The notes under the pieces are model-generated. The model ran no database searches. It was not told where the DNA came from and was given only the letters and a program-made list of their open reading frames with translations. A stretch of 64,000 nt of DNA from Antedon mediterranea (lineage: Eukaryota > Animalia > Echinodermata), in NCBI RefSeq assembly GCF_964355755.1, contig NC_092678.1, positions 6,030,422 to 6,094,421 on the forward strand, given 5' to 3'. The stretch's first letter is position 1. Every line of letters starts with the position of its first letter. Positions 40,401 to 52,928 of the stretch are shown here, in pieces. The position numbers and the translations under genes were made by a program.

Positions 40401-43400
40401 TGTCATGCGACATTTCTGACTGATCACGTTCTGAAATCAACTTGTTGTGCATGCCGTGTATTCTAACTAATCTACTCCTTGTCTAAAGTTGGAGCACTGC
40501 CTTTTTGAATGGCCCTTCAATCATTTACGATCGCTAAATTTAATCAAGTAAGTGTGTTATAAAACAAATAATGAATGTTTTGTATTCGTTGAATAGAGAA
40601 AATATTTTATTTGACGAAAAAATTACTGCTCTATTTTCAACTTGGCTGCGCCTCTTTCTAACTCATAAAATGTTCTCACCATCATAAACATTATTTGTAT
40701 ACTATAGAATGCTGTTAATATTGTATCGCCTTTGGTCTAATGGAAGGTGATAGTTCAAATCTATGCTGGGGAGACTAAACTCTAACGGATTTACGCATTA
40801 TTACAAAGATTACTCACTCTTTGCCAACTTGATATGTTTTACGTCTATTCTTACATGGTTTTCCACCAACGTCAATATCAAGATCTTCGACTCTCTGCCC
40901 AAGATCTTGACCAATCAGAGTGATTACATCGACATACTGTTCGCCTGCTGACGTCGGAACAACCTTTGGTAAAATCTTGAAAATTTGGTAAAAGCATTAA
41001 TAAGTAAATAATAAATTGATTAGTGTAATAAACACATGCTAATGTATTTAACAGTATGTTTTTAATTAATAAACACTGCATTTTTCTAAAAAAGAGGACA
41101 GGGTCAGAGTTCAAAACCTGTTTGTAATAATACACAAAAGTTGAATTTCCCTTTAAAAACAATGTTAGCATTTTAATTAATTATAGGTTTAGTTGGCCGT
41201 TAGAGGGCAGGTTAAATTATTGGTAAAACACAATACTCAGGGGAGGATCCAGAATTTTCCTACTAACATTACCTATACTAACCTTATTCACTATTGGTGG
41301 TGGACAAGAAGGTGGTTGTCCTGCTGAACATCTAGACTCCAACACACATATCCCTGTATTACACCATGTACAGTTGTACTCAGGTGGGGTAGTTAGTGGA
41401 GACAGACAAGTACTGCAATCAGGTCGGCCCACAGAACAATCGTACAAAGTTACTATATATGAATTTTCAATTGTTTTAATTATTTTCTAAATTAAAAAAT
41501 GTATAAAGCTCTGTCTATACTATCAAACTTTATGTGAAAAGAAATGTCATAATATCACTACCATATTTGGGCACATCACACGTTTTTTTGTCAAATTAGT
41601 TGATAGTATAGACAGCTTTAGAAGAAACCAAACTATTTTATCAAGTATCTACATAATCAATCAATAAACTATATATTAATCAATCAATAAATAATTAATC
41701 AAATCATTAATCAGACAAAAATTCAATCAATAACATGCTTTAATATTTTAAGTCTATGAATTATTCATACATAGTTTACTTACAATAGGAAAGTATTATA
41801 TATATTTGTTTATATATTTATATATATTTGTTTATATATTTATATATATTTGTTTATATATTTATATATATTTGTTTATATATTTATATATATTTGTTTA
41901 TATATTTATATATATTTGTTTATATATTTTATTTTAAAATTTAAATACCTTTCCAATTGAAATCAATGTAGTTGGTGTTATTCCACACAACTTCAATTGT
42001 TGTGTTTTTCTCCTGCGATATCCCATCAGAGACATACTGGGAAACGAGAAATGGGAAATTTAAGTATCATTATTGGTGAATCTTTAACTAGAGTACCTTC
42101 ATTGTACATCTTATATTCTTGATCTTAAGCAGTGTTTACACGCACTAGAGTTAAGTCTGTTCTATGCACGCTTAAGCTGATCCAAATCATACCAGAGTTA
42201 TATAAGCGGTATAACTCCGATAGATTTCTTTCAGGTACATCCAATGTTACTCAACTGTCATAGATTTTAGAATGTAAAATTAAACAAGTGTTTTCCATCA
42301 GGGTATTTGTAGCTGCTTTAATATCGCGCCCAGATTCAGTCCAGCTCCCTGAGAAAAATATTGCGAGAAATGGGTTCAGTGGTAAGCATAGGATTGTTCA
42401 CACCAAAATCGTATGATTTGAATCTGTGCCTGATTCAGAGCGATGGATCAAGAAGCCACTTGTTTCATGAAATCATATAATTTATTTCTTTTGACCAATC
42501 AACAGTGAGCATGAATGACCTCCTTTGACACTGGATAACCAAATTTGTGCTCAATATGAGGACATGTCCAACACTCTGATATTTTTCTCAGGGCACCTGA
42601 ATATGGATGCGATGTGAATTACAGTGTATATCAGATGTTTACACAACAGATTCGTTTTCAGATAATTTATTAGTAATATATTACAATTTAATTCCTTACC
42701 TTATAATCGTCACAGATAATATTTTTATCATCAATCCTTGTAGCTGGAACAGTGTCTATTCCATTAATTACACAAATGTAATCTGAGACCTGTAAATAAT
42801 ATAAACACACAGATGCTTTATATCAGTGATTAAAGGGCCTTTCACACCTGTTCCGGCACGGTTCCGGTCCGGCGAATCGAACATCAATGTTTCGTTTTCA
42901 CGCGGCTATGCGCCAATCGATATGCGCGTAGCCGCGTAAAATCGAAACATTGACGTTCGATTGGATTTTCCGGCGCCGGACTGGAACCGTGCCGGAACAG
43001 GTGTGAAAGACCCTTAATGGTAGTAAAGAACTTAGATAGTAAGAAAACACATTGGTGATCTATTTGATAATAATACTAATATGGTCATTACTCTGATGGT
43101 GATAGCCTACTGGTCAACAGTGTACCAAAACTGCCTAAAGTCATTTCAATTATATATAAATAGAAATAACTTTTACATACATTTAAAAGATTGTTGGCTT
43201 TAATCATAATCTTCTTTGTCGTTCCAGTGTGAAAAAACTCTAGTTCAGTCTGTGAGGCTATTTGAGGACATTTCTGAAAAAAAGAATGATAACTTATGTC
43301 AAATGGCACCCATGGCAAACAGAACACTAGACTGGTGTTACTTTCATGTAGAGGCTGAAAGCAAAAGCTTACAAGTCCCTCATTACTTGTACAATTTTTC

Positions 43401-46400
43401 TTAGGTAAGGCAAATACTGTAAAACCAGAAACTTTCGCGAATCCGTTACATCAGTCATTTTTGCAACATAAAACATTCGCAAACTTGAAAAAGTAGAAGT
43501 AAATACTATAACAGGATCACGTATGCACGACATTTGTGTTATAAAGACGCTAATGCATTAGCTATTGTATGTTGTAGTAGGCCTATATGTTCTGAAAACT
43601 TTAAAGATTTCAATCACTTGCAAAATTCACGTTTAATGTGCGTGAAAGTTTCTGGTTTTACAATACTTTGCAGGGTGATTTTGCCAATGTTTTTTGTTAT
43701 TTTTTTTTAAAAATTAATTTATTGTGGCTAAATTTACTGATTCATGTGAGAGGGCATTTCAATTATTTATACTTGTGACTAAAAAGTGATTTTGTCGAAT
43801 GTTTGGTTTTAATTTTTCTAATTTTCCAACGATGGCCTCTGGTTCGTCAACCATAATATAATTCAACTCAAATCAACATTTATTTCTTCGAAATATAAGA
43901 ATGGCAATAGTAAATGTAAAAGTTTCTTAATTTAGAAATAAGTATCGTCATCGTGAGGTGGTTTCCCGAAAGATCGTAAAATCAAAACGGTACTGGGTAT
44001 GACCAACTAGCGTTATTGTCACCGGCTAGTCATCCATTCATAGAAGTACTAATGTAGTAGCCTACCTGTACGGTGACCATAGAATGTGACCCGAGGCATG
44101 ACTAACTACGACTTTTAGATGATAGAAAGTTGAGAAAAATTGTTACGAGTAGTTGTACGACATGAAGATGTTTATGAAATTATGTTAAAGATGTAAAAAC
44201 ATATTACATTAGGTATATAAACAGTAATGAGTGTTAGTAAAAATAAAATAATGTAAAAAAGACATAAGGAAGAAAAGCAAAGAGATTATGGAGCGGCTGT
44301 ACCTGAATATACAATAAAAATATTGTAAGTTTAAAGCAACATGTACACTTGTTCCGTTTCATGGAATGGAAGCTGGAGCTGTTCGATTCTGTATATGATG
44401 TTCTATTATTCAACAACATTATAATACACTGTATTTAATGAGACTCCAAAAGTCTAAAACATGACAAATATTTTCTCAATGAATTTATAGCATTCCCAAT
44501 AACAATTTTTTTTACACTGAATTATTAGGTGAACTTGTCTTTTTTTCTTTTATATGCATCATGTTGTTACATTAGTTTCATATCCTGTTTGGATATCAAG
44601 GTTTTAACTCATTTCAGTACCAAAAAGGAAAACAAAACCGAAAAAGGATTGGTATTATATTGAACACTTCCTTATACAAAAATAGAAGCATTAAACAAAT
44701 AGTAGCTTCATTGAAAAACAACAAGAATACAATAATTTCCACCTCAATGAAACCTCCAGTAAGTCTTTACAAAGTTGCTGTAATTTGTTGTTTTTTTTTT
44801 AGATAAAGATATTTGGATTGAATCCTTTGTTGCCAGAGGCTTCTTCTGGTCCATTGAATATTGAACGTGCTGTGAGTTCGGTATACCAGAGTTAAAACTT
44901 ATCTTTCGGGTCTAGGGACAGACATACCAGTTCTGAATTGACAGGAACATCTTCCATGATGGAACAAGACCTACTAACCCCATCAGCACATGTGTTTTCC
45001 AATGTACACCACAAACAGTCAAAGTGGCTAGCAGCACATGTAGAGCATCTATTATTAGATATAAGAATTAGATTAATATAACAGTTAACATTGGTCTGCA
45101 TTTAGTTAGATAGATAGCATGACATTATCTATCAACTGAATAAGGAAAATAGTTAAATCCTGTGATTAAACTTAATCATATACACATTTTATACTGCCAG
45201 CAAAAATGCGGAGTTGATCCGAAACTGTGACCCAGTGATGCGAAATGTATTCAGTGTCAAGTCAACGAGGTAGTTTTAACCATGTCTATACACTGAAAAT
45301 GTTTTAATATGCCCAAACCACAAAGAAGGGAAGTAAGTTATAGCTTAAGCTCCTGTTTGGCTTAAGTACTTTGGTATATTATAGTTTTCAGGTTAGGAGA
45401 ACTAGTCCCAATCTCAACAACAAAAATGTTACACACATACAGAACTTACACATTGCAGGAATAGAAATCGTATGATGTTTCTATGAACTTGACTTGAGTT
45501 AAAGTTGAAAGGATATAGATGGTTACCGATACATGATCTGTAAAATGAAGGAACCCAACAATTATGTTAAACAATGCAGTGGCGGATCCAACATTTTGAA
45601 ATAGGAGGAGCAAGGCCTAAAAAAAGTGGAATTACATGCTTAGGCCATAACCTAAATGCCCTATCTTTTGCATTGCAATTTCCAAAATCACCATCCGAGC
45701 CCTCTTTCCTGAAAAGGGCTAATAGGAAACATGTTTAATCCGCCTATCAGGTCTCATTTAACAGGAAGCCTACATTTGCTACAAAGATACAACTGCGTAA
45801 ACTAGTAAATCACTATATTTAATTGCACCAACTTCAAGTAAACTGGTTGAAAAAAGTTTTCATTGATAGCATCAGGAAGGGGAAATAAGCTTACCTGAAT
45901 AAGAGTGTATCAACTATTCAACTAGACCTATGTATATTGAATTTATATCATCTATTTTTTATGAAATATTTCAATTCATGCATATTTTAGCTAAAAAAAG
46001 CTCAAGAGGAAGACTAATTTATTTATTTTTTTAGAGTACTTAAAATTTAAAAAGCAAACCAATAACCAGAGAAAGTTTCAGAGTTGAACAATCTATTATA
46101 ATAATGACAGATGGTTTTACCAGATCCTTCAGGTACTGGCGGTAGCACGGCAGGACTTTCACAATAAAGTGTCTGGTTTACTAAAGTCGCTTGCCGGGTG
46201 ACACTGACATCAACTCCATTAAATATACAAAGATAACTGTCACTACCAGTTAAAGCTGGTAGATTTGTAAATTTAATTTCCAGCTAGAAAGAGCAGAAAA
46301 TACAAAATATCATACTATCCAGCTTACACTAGCAAACTCTAATACAGATCCAGAGCTATAACCATTAGTCTAACTGTGTGGGAACGGCCAATCTGGATAG

Positions 46401-49400
46401 CACAACCATGGAGTTATAAAATTACACAACCAAGCTTGATCCTGCTCAATAAGCTAGTGTCATGATCGGGAACGATTTGATTTGATTTTTTAATAGTACT
46501 GTATTTCTTTGCAAGCCCATATAGCCAGCGGGATTTGTAGGTTCGAAGGTAGGTTTTTCTTTAAATGCCCTTTTCAAACAGAGACCATCAGTGAAAATGC
46601 TTGTAAATAGGCCTACTTATGAAAATGGTATGGCCAATATGTTATGGCCTTAAAGTTTTATTTTCTTCTAGCCTTTTGCTTACACTTTACACTTGCCCTT
46701 TTTGAGAAAAAATGTAACATGAAATAACATCAGTAATTTTGGTAATATATCTAGATCATGAATGGACAGTTGACTTTTGCAACAGATTGAGGCAATGGAT
46801 GTATGTAATAAAAATAAGCTATAAGATATCATACATACAACCCTTATTGATCACTAGTGGCCACTAGTTGATATATAACATAGACTGTATAGAATATATA
46901 TCTTATTATTAACTTACCGTTGATGCACCATCATTGTATGGTAAATTTGGAGGTGAAACACTATCGATAGAAATACATATGTCGTTGTAAGCAAGCCACA
47001 CACCAGAGGAACAAGTATCGTATGTGCTACACCTGAAAAAATAAAATACAATCAGTTGTAACAGACCTAACTGTTAGTTACTAGCCAAAACCTTACTCTA
47101 AATGTTAGTTACTAGCCCAGACCTAACTGTTAGTTTAGCCCAGACCTTTTCTGTAACTGTTACTAGCCCAGACCTACAGTTAGCTACTAGCCCAGACCTC
47201 ATTCTGTTTTTCAATTACTCAATCTTACAGTATGGTAGACAATGTGCCAACCTATTTTGACTGTTAGGATGGAAGTTAGGTAGTAGGCCTACCCTGGTAG
47301 GGTGAAGGAACGCTCTCTAACTTAATATTAATTCTTGTGGAGTTGGATAACTCCCAGTCCACTCAGCTGTAAATGAGTACCTAGTTGAAAATACTAGGGA
47401 GAAAAAAGGCAGCGTGGAAAGGAACTGGCCACCCTCTACCACATAATGCCGAGGCTTAGTACATTGGGCTCCTAACAGCTCATTCCCCTATGTTCAGAAT
47501 GAACCCTGGACTCACATCACCTATTAATTCTTGTAAATATACGGTTACTGTATACAGCTGGGTTAAAATATTGTATCTAACTGGGTCTGCCTAAGCTAGT
47601 TAAGTTGACATAGGGAGGGAGACACTTGCACTTTCTAGGTACCTGAAATACAATGCATGCTGCGCTATTTTGTATAATTTGCAAGGCATTAAAATTAAAT
47701 TGGGACATTCTCTAAGAAGTGAATTACACATTAAAGTCTAAGCATTTTTAGCCAATCCCTCAATTTATTAATTCCTGTCTCAAGACAAGTCACAGTCCTT
47801 GACATCAGTAGTTAATATGGATGCTGGAAATGTTTGAACAGGGAGGTATAAAAATAAACTCCCTGGTTTAAATGATACAATTAAAAAATTAAACTTTAGA
47901 ATATTTATATAATTATACAGTACTGTAATATAATAGTGTTAGCTTTTAGTTGGGCAATTGGTTTTGCCTATTTTCTGTGATATATTTATCACAGAAAATA
48001 TATCCTTGTAATCATAATAAACCTACAGTACAAACACCTATTCTAATGAACATGATATCTCACATTTCAAATCTACTTCCTGAAACACTTCCTAGTTTAT
48101 ACAATGTATCTATATATTATTACATAATGGCAAATTTCAGTAAATCACGCATAATTCTAAATACTTACTTAATATTTTGGTACTAATTGTTAGACACAGA
48201 CACAATTAACGGTTAAATTCAATTTTTAAAACCTAAGGAACACAATAATAGCCTCTTACCTGTTCATCAGTGTACACCATCCACAGTATGGGTCACCAAC
48301 ACCGCCACCAACCCCCAGACATTCACTACATGTTGTATACTGTTCACATTCTGCAACAGGCACTTTTGTAATCTATAAATATATATTTTAATTTTTTTTT
48401 CAAAATATGCATGGTTTGCATATATAGAATCATCTTTGCTAAACATCAAAATTCTCATCGAATAGCTTTATTTGAGGTCACTACACACGCAGTTCCAAAG
48501 GACTAGTTTGTACCCCCAAAGCCTCGCTAAATTATTAATTATTTATCAAGGTACAACCTTAAAACTTGTTACACCTAGTTTTTCATAACCAGTGAACTTG
48601 AATCAACTGGCAAGATTCAAGATTATTTATTTTTCTTGGAAATTTTGAGGTTAGATCCACAACAGACTATACATACTTGCTGTTTAGTTATGACGTATAT
48701 AGAATCATTATCTTTGCTCAACATCAGTCCATTTCTTATAACTGAACTGCCGGCATCTATCGTTTTCGTCTCATACTTCTGAGCAGATGTCAATGAATCT
48801 AATCGTAGCTATATATATAAATAGTTAAATTTTTTGGATAAATTTTAAGCAGTTATACACCAACATACAACATATATATTGTGTTGTCTCGCACCCTAGA
48901 TAGAAACCAAGATAAATGTCATGAAAACTTACCTTCACAAGATCACCTTTGTCATCTCCTAGAAATATCACACTTTCCTGTACCTCGTCTATGTATTGAA
49001 ACGCGACTGATGTGAACAGTGTGTCATCCTCCTGGTAAATAGCATCTGCTACAATCGGGGCATCACCACCAAGGTCTGGAATCTGCTCAAGGTAATGGCA
49101 ATAGGGCACTTGTTCATCTACTAGCAGTTGTTCCTAAAATAATTAATTTAAACAATTCTGGTTATATCAAACATTAATGATATGGGGAAAATATAATGCA
49201 CTCAGAAATCTATGTTTCCTATTTTTATGACATTTTTTGTTTCCAAATGATTTTTTGTTAATCCATTTATTATTAATTATGACCAACAAATAATAAATGA
49301 TAAATTAGCTGCCAAATGTAACCGTAGTCTTTATTGTTTAAGAAAAATAATGTTTTGGTCAAACTGTTTTATGAATCTGTTATACAATCAGTACTCTGTT

Positions 49401-51591
49401 TTTGCTGCATTGTTTGGGGTAACAGTATTACCAAAGCCAATTACAATAGACTGAATAGGGTAGTGAAGACAGCTAGCAAACGCTTAAACGTAAACTTAAA
49501 CCCCTTAGAAAACATGTGCAATGATCTTGTAAATAAGAAAGTTAAATCTATTATCGCTGATGATATGCATCCCTTGCATGGAGAGTTTATAGTTTTAAAT
49601 AAGTATGGTAAATTAAGAATGATGCGTATTAAAACAACTTGATTTAGGAATGCCTTTCTACCTTCAGCACTGCAGACAGTATATTTATTAAAAACAAACC
49701 TAGATAAGATAATTAGAATTTTCATTGTTGATAAAATTTTGGTTTTTTGCAAGTGTTTCTACTAATTGAGTGTATTCTTTTTGGCAACAAGAAGACAAAT
49801 TTCATACTGTACTATCTTGGTTTGTATGACAATAAAAGATCTGTGTATCTGTATCTGTCGTGAGGTAATTTCCCGATTGATCATAATCAAAACGGTACTG
49901 GGTTTGGTCTACTAGCGTTCCTGCTCCCAACCAGTACATCCATTCATAGAAGCTTTAATGAAGTAAGCCTACCTGGTGGTAACCATAGAATGGTTCCGAG
50001 ATAACGACTATACTTCGGCTTTTAGTCAATAGAAGATTGAAAAAATTGTTATAATATTAATAAAAAGACATTTGTTAGTATAAATTTAAAACATATAGAT
50101 ATAAGGAAGAAAAGCAAAGAGATTATGGAGCGGCTGTACCAGAATATACAACACTAAGTATTGTAAAGTTAATATACTAAACAATTTAGGCGATCTTGTC
50201 AAAGGTCAAGCGCCTTCAGCCTGCCACGTTTCGATATTCAATATTGAACTTGACCTATAACAGTTTATTTGTGATTTATATAGAATCCAAATAATTTGAT
50301 AACTATAGAGAAAATAGATAAAAGCGAAATATACAAATCCCAATAATGTGCTTTGCTTACTAACTATACTAGGATTTTTTTTAATAATTTATATTCATGT
50401 ACAATTATTGATTAATTGATAATATATATATATTAATTATGTGTGAACATTTCTTACCCATAAAGTATTTGCTCCGCAATCATGCTGACTAGATCCAGCC
50501 CACTGGACAGTTTTAAATGTCGTATTTCCTTGTGCGCATTCCTTATATGCATTCAAGAACGAATATTCTATTTTATCCGACAAAGAATATACACAAACAG
50601 CAGATTTCCGCTCTGGAATCGAGCTTGCACCATTTTTGGACCTTCCAAAGGTTACAACAAGTATGAGTGATGATGTGTTTGGCTCAGACGGCACCCTATT
50701 CGCCAAGTAAGCTGACTGGGCCAGCATGTATTTCTGGCCATTATGATTGCAAACAAGAGGCAGTTCAATATATGATACCTTATAGGTCTGATCAGATTCA
50801 CAAGTATGTGTAATGTATGTTTGGTAATTAGGGGTGGTTTGTGAGTAATTCTCATCATAAACAACAACATAATAGTTAATATTATTACTATTAAATCCAT
50901 GTATAAAGTCCATTTTAAATCCTTGTTTTATATGACTGTCTGACGCTTTCTTTTGTGATTTTTGCAGCATGCTTTTCTGTACCTCAAAATCTACTAAAGA
51001 ACGTGTAGCGAATAGCGGTAAATCAGGGTCAATAGCAGCTACAGTTCCAATATATAAGTTTGGTTCACCAGCCGGATTCTGTATAATCATTGCTACACTA
51101 TTTCCATCTGTGTTTACCACGGGAACACTAATTGGTAGACCAATATCTACATAGTATCCATCTGTGTATATTGACCAAATAAACAGCTGATCAATAGTTG
51201 TCAAGTTAGAACGATATAAAAAATCGCAACCTCCTTGATAAACAGTTCCACATGAAATAATTATATCACCAAATTGTAATAACAATTTGTTTGAATTATT
51301 CCTGAATGTTCGTTCAAAAGCACACTCTGCAGGGGGCGCACGTGTACAGTCCGGATTATCTAATTTTGGTCCAATATCTCCTTGTACTATTAGTCTTAAG
51401 TCACCAGCATCAAGTCTATAAACTTTGTTTAAGCCTCCAATAAATATGTTTTCCAATTCATTATCATACACCACTGAGGAAAAATTTCCGCCAGGATCTC
51501 TATATTTGTCATAGCTTTGTGATAAGGCTGGACATAATACAACAAAAGTGACTGCAAACTTCCAAAATATCTTCCAACAATGTTGTGCCAT
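31269..51591 (-). CDS. Gene B: plexin-like type I membrane protein (signal peptide, Sema, 3 PSI, IPT/TIG repeats, TM, ~17-aa tail; no GAP domain), about 1257 aa, 20 coding exons
   Basis: Manually spliced exons in transcript order, all GT-AG and phase-compatible: 50458-51591, 48933-49133, 48677-48808, 48260-48372, 46918-47032, 46121-46283, 45450-45537, 44928-45048, 43181-43273, 42700-42789, 41949-42036, 41283-41452, 40818-40975, 39204-39303, 35239-35372, 34468-34629, 32930-33023, 32507-32782, 31925-32065, 31269-31469. Plexin motifs: [116 protein letters not shown]. Confidence 0.9.
32080..32383 (+). mobile_element. Non-autonomous Helitron
   Basis: 5' TC start, 3' hairpin (acctgct-ctga-agcgggt) followed by CTAG, inserted between A and T. 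Confidence 0.6.
33040..34405. repeat. Minisatellite, 34-bp unit, about 40 copies, filling gene B intron 16
   Basis: (agggtgtgttcacacatgaatcaaagagtacaag)n; no spacers. Confidence 0.97.
34752..35160. mobile_element. MITE with 32-bp perfect TIRs and 7-bp TSD (P-superfamily-like)
   Basis: caaagaacttataacacaagaatctcctgttc ... gaacaggagattcttgtgttataagttctttg; atacaac on both sides; internal ~90-bp tandem duplication. Confidence 0.85.
35410..35780 (+). mobile_element. Deu/Nin-domain SINE
   Basis: tcggataaggactataagccgtaggtcc...ttaaagaacc...gagtaggggttaccctggtgt resembles the DeuSINE central domain; a reverse copy lies at 550-755. Confidence 0.7.
35865..39073 (+). mobile_element. Near-full-length non-LTR retrotransposon (APE endonuclease + RT, Rex1/Babar-like), antisense in gene B intron 14
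   Basis: Long single ORF with GNVQS, SFTETWL, NGDFN, PTR..ILDL (APE) and [45 protein letters not shown] (RT); 3' aataaa then a (GATACTT)n tail at 39041-39073; the 5' boundary is approximate. Confidence 0.92.
36098..38891 (+). pseudogene. LINE endonuclease-reverse transcriptase ORF, frameshifted near the C terminus
   Basis: ORFs 36098..38533 and 38541..38891 are split by a 7-bp tandem duplication (caagttc caagttc, 38509-38522); removing it restores one frame ([16 protein letters not shown]). Confidence 0.85.
41505..41620. mobile_element. Short palindromic MITE, same family as 20533-20678
   Basis: taaagctctgtctatactatcaa...ttgatagtatagacagcttta. Confidence 0.7.
41797..41930. repeat. AT-rich minisatellite, 22-bp unit
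   Basis: (tatatatttgtttatatattta)n. Confidence 0.9.
42834..43014. mobile_element. Palindromic MITE with TAA TSD (PIF/Harbinger-like)
   Basis: taa|agggcctttcacacctgttccggcacggttcc...ggaaccgtgccggaacaggtgtgaaagaccct|taa; almost fully self-complementary. Confidence 0.8.
47335..47520 (+). mobile_element. SINE fragment
   Basis: gtccactcagctgtaaatgagtacc...ggaaaggaactggccaccc, typical of SINE core and 3' parts. Confidence 0.45.
49315..49857 (+). mobile_element. 5'-truncated LINE 3' end (related clade) in gene B intron 1
   Basis: [19 protein letters not shown]...DDMHPLH...AFLPSA resembles the C terminus of the 36-39 kb LINE; internal stop; aataaa + (TATCTG)n tail. Confidence 0.8.
49858..50257 (+). 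repeat. Interspersed repeat copy abutting the LINE tail
   Basis: High similarity to 13068-13632. Confidence 0.8.
50458..51591 (-). CDS. Gene B first coding exon: signal peptide + most of the Sema domain (head cassette 1, 378 codons)
   Basis: Within ORF 50437..51729; acceptor ttttgcag| at 51607, ATG at 51591 ([25 protein letters not shown]), donor TGG|gtaag at 50458. Confidence 0.92.
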
Positions 51592-52227
51592 CTTGAATAT
51601 TCGTACTCTGCAAAATATAGTAAGATAATATGTCAAGAAGATGTAAGACACTAAAACTTGTTGGAATATAGTGCATTTCAAACATGATAAAATATTTGTA
51701 AGAATGTAAAACTTAGGCCTAGTTTGCAATGGATCTATACCATAGATGGTCGTTTAAATGCAGTTTGAATTAACTTCTTATTTAGGTTGGCCGACTGAAT
51801 TATGCAAGATTAAGACTATGAACATATTGAAAGCAAAGGGCGTGCATACAAAAAACACCACCAATAAACTAATTTTCTTTGGTTATATTTATTTATACTT
51901 TTTTACAAAAACGGTCTAAAATTGCATAGTTTTCACATTAATTGAAACCGCATAAAGTTGAATGTTATTTCAAATAGGTAGCTGACTACTTATTCATCAT
52001 AGAGGGTTTATAAAACAATAGGTCACTATGTCATGGTGAACATGGGACCAGCTTTTAAATGAGTGGTCGCATGCCAATAGTATGTATTCGACTAAAATCA
52101 AATTACTTAAATGTTTAATTTAAAATTAGTAACCTGGCTAATTTTATATATATTACTGTCCAAATTGATGAGTTCAAATCAAGTTGTTTGTTTTTTTTTG
52201 TATTTTCAAAAGAATTTGTTACTGTAC

Positions 52228-52545
52228 CTTTAATAGGGTTTCAATGTAGTAGCTTCAAACTTTGCATTTCAGGCTCGCCTGTACATGGTACAACTGCTGT
52301 GAAATCAACAGTACTGCTAATATAGCAACAAACAGGATGTCATACATAAATATATAACTATAAAAGCATACAGTGGCTAATGCATTCAAAGTAAAATTCC
52401 TCTGAAAAGTGTACAATAAACATATAATTCAACTCATACCACATTGGGCAGTGTGTGTTGATCAACTCAAGAATACCAAAGATAGAGATAATGATATGCA
52501 ACAAAAACTTGTGGTATACTTCAGCATATAGATGGCGCTGTCACA
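52228..52545 (-). promoter_or_regulatory. Putative promoter / 5'UTR exon of gene B head cassette 1
   Basis: Homologous to 29478-29800; shared motifs acaggatgt, gt(g/a)aaattcctctgaaaa, gcagtgtg(tg)ttgatcaact, catataga(g/t)ggcgc; candidate donor AAG|gtacag near 52228. Confidence 0.5.
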
Positions 52546-52928
52546 ATAATTAAATCAAAGATTTTTTTCTTTATTTTAATCATTTTTTCTGGAGAATAAA
52601 AGTATACCTTTTTTAGGCACTTCTTGGTTTGAGTAGGGCTACAAATTATAATTATATTTATATTTATCTGATTATCTTTACCTTTTGTTTTTTATCTTTA
52701 TATTTTATATTTTGTTGGTTTTTAAATTTTTTTATTGTAGATAAACACTTGAAACACTTCCTAGTTTATACAATGTATCTATATATTATTACATAATGGC
52801 AAATTTCAGTAAATCACGCATAATTCTAAATACTTACTTAATATTTTGGTACTAATTGTTAGACACAGACACAATTAACGGTTAAATTCAATTTTTAAAA
52901 CCTAAGGAACACAATAATAGCCTCTTAC

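Noticed and set aside
31269-51591. MET/RON receptor or semaphorin assignment for gene B
   Set aside because: Three PSI domains interleaved with IPT repeats fit plexin architecture; no kinase, Ig or TSP domain is seen.
51592-51729. N-terminal extensions of the ORF-track Sema proteins (also 55415-55504 and 25993-26046)
   Set aside because: They run through splice acceptors into intron; the downstream ATG gives a proper signal peptide.
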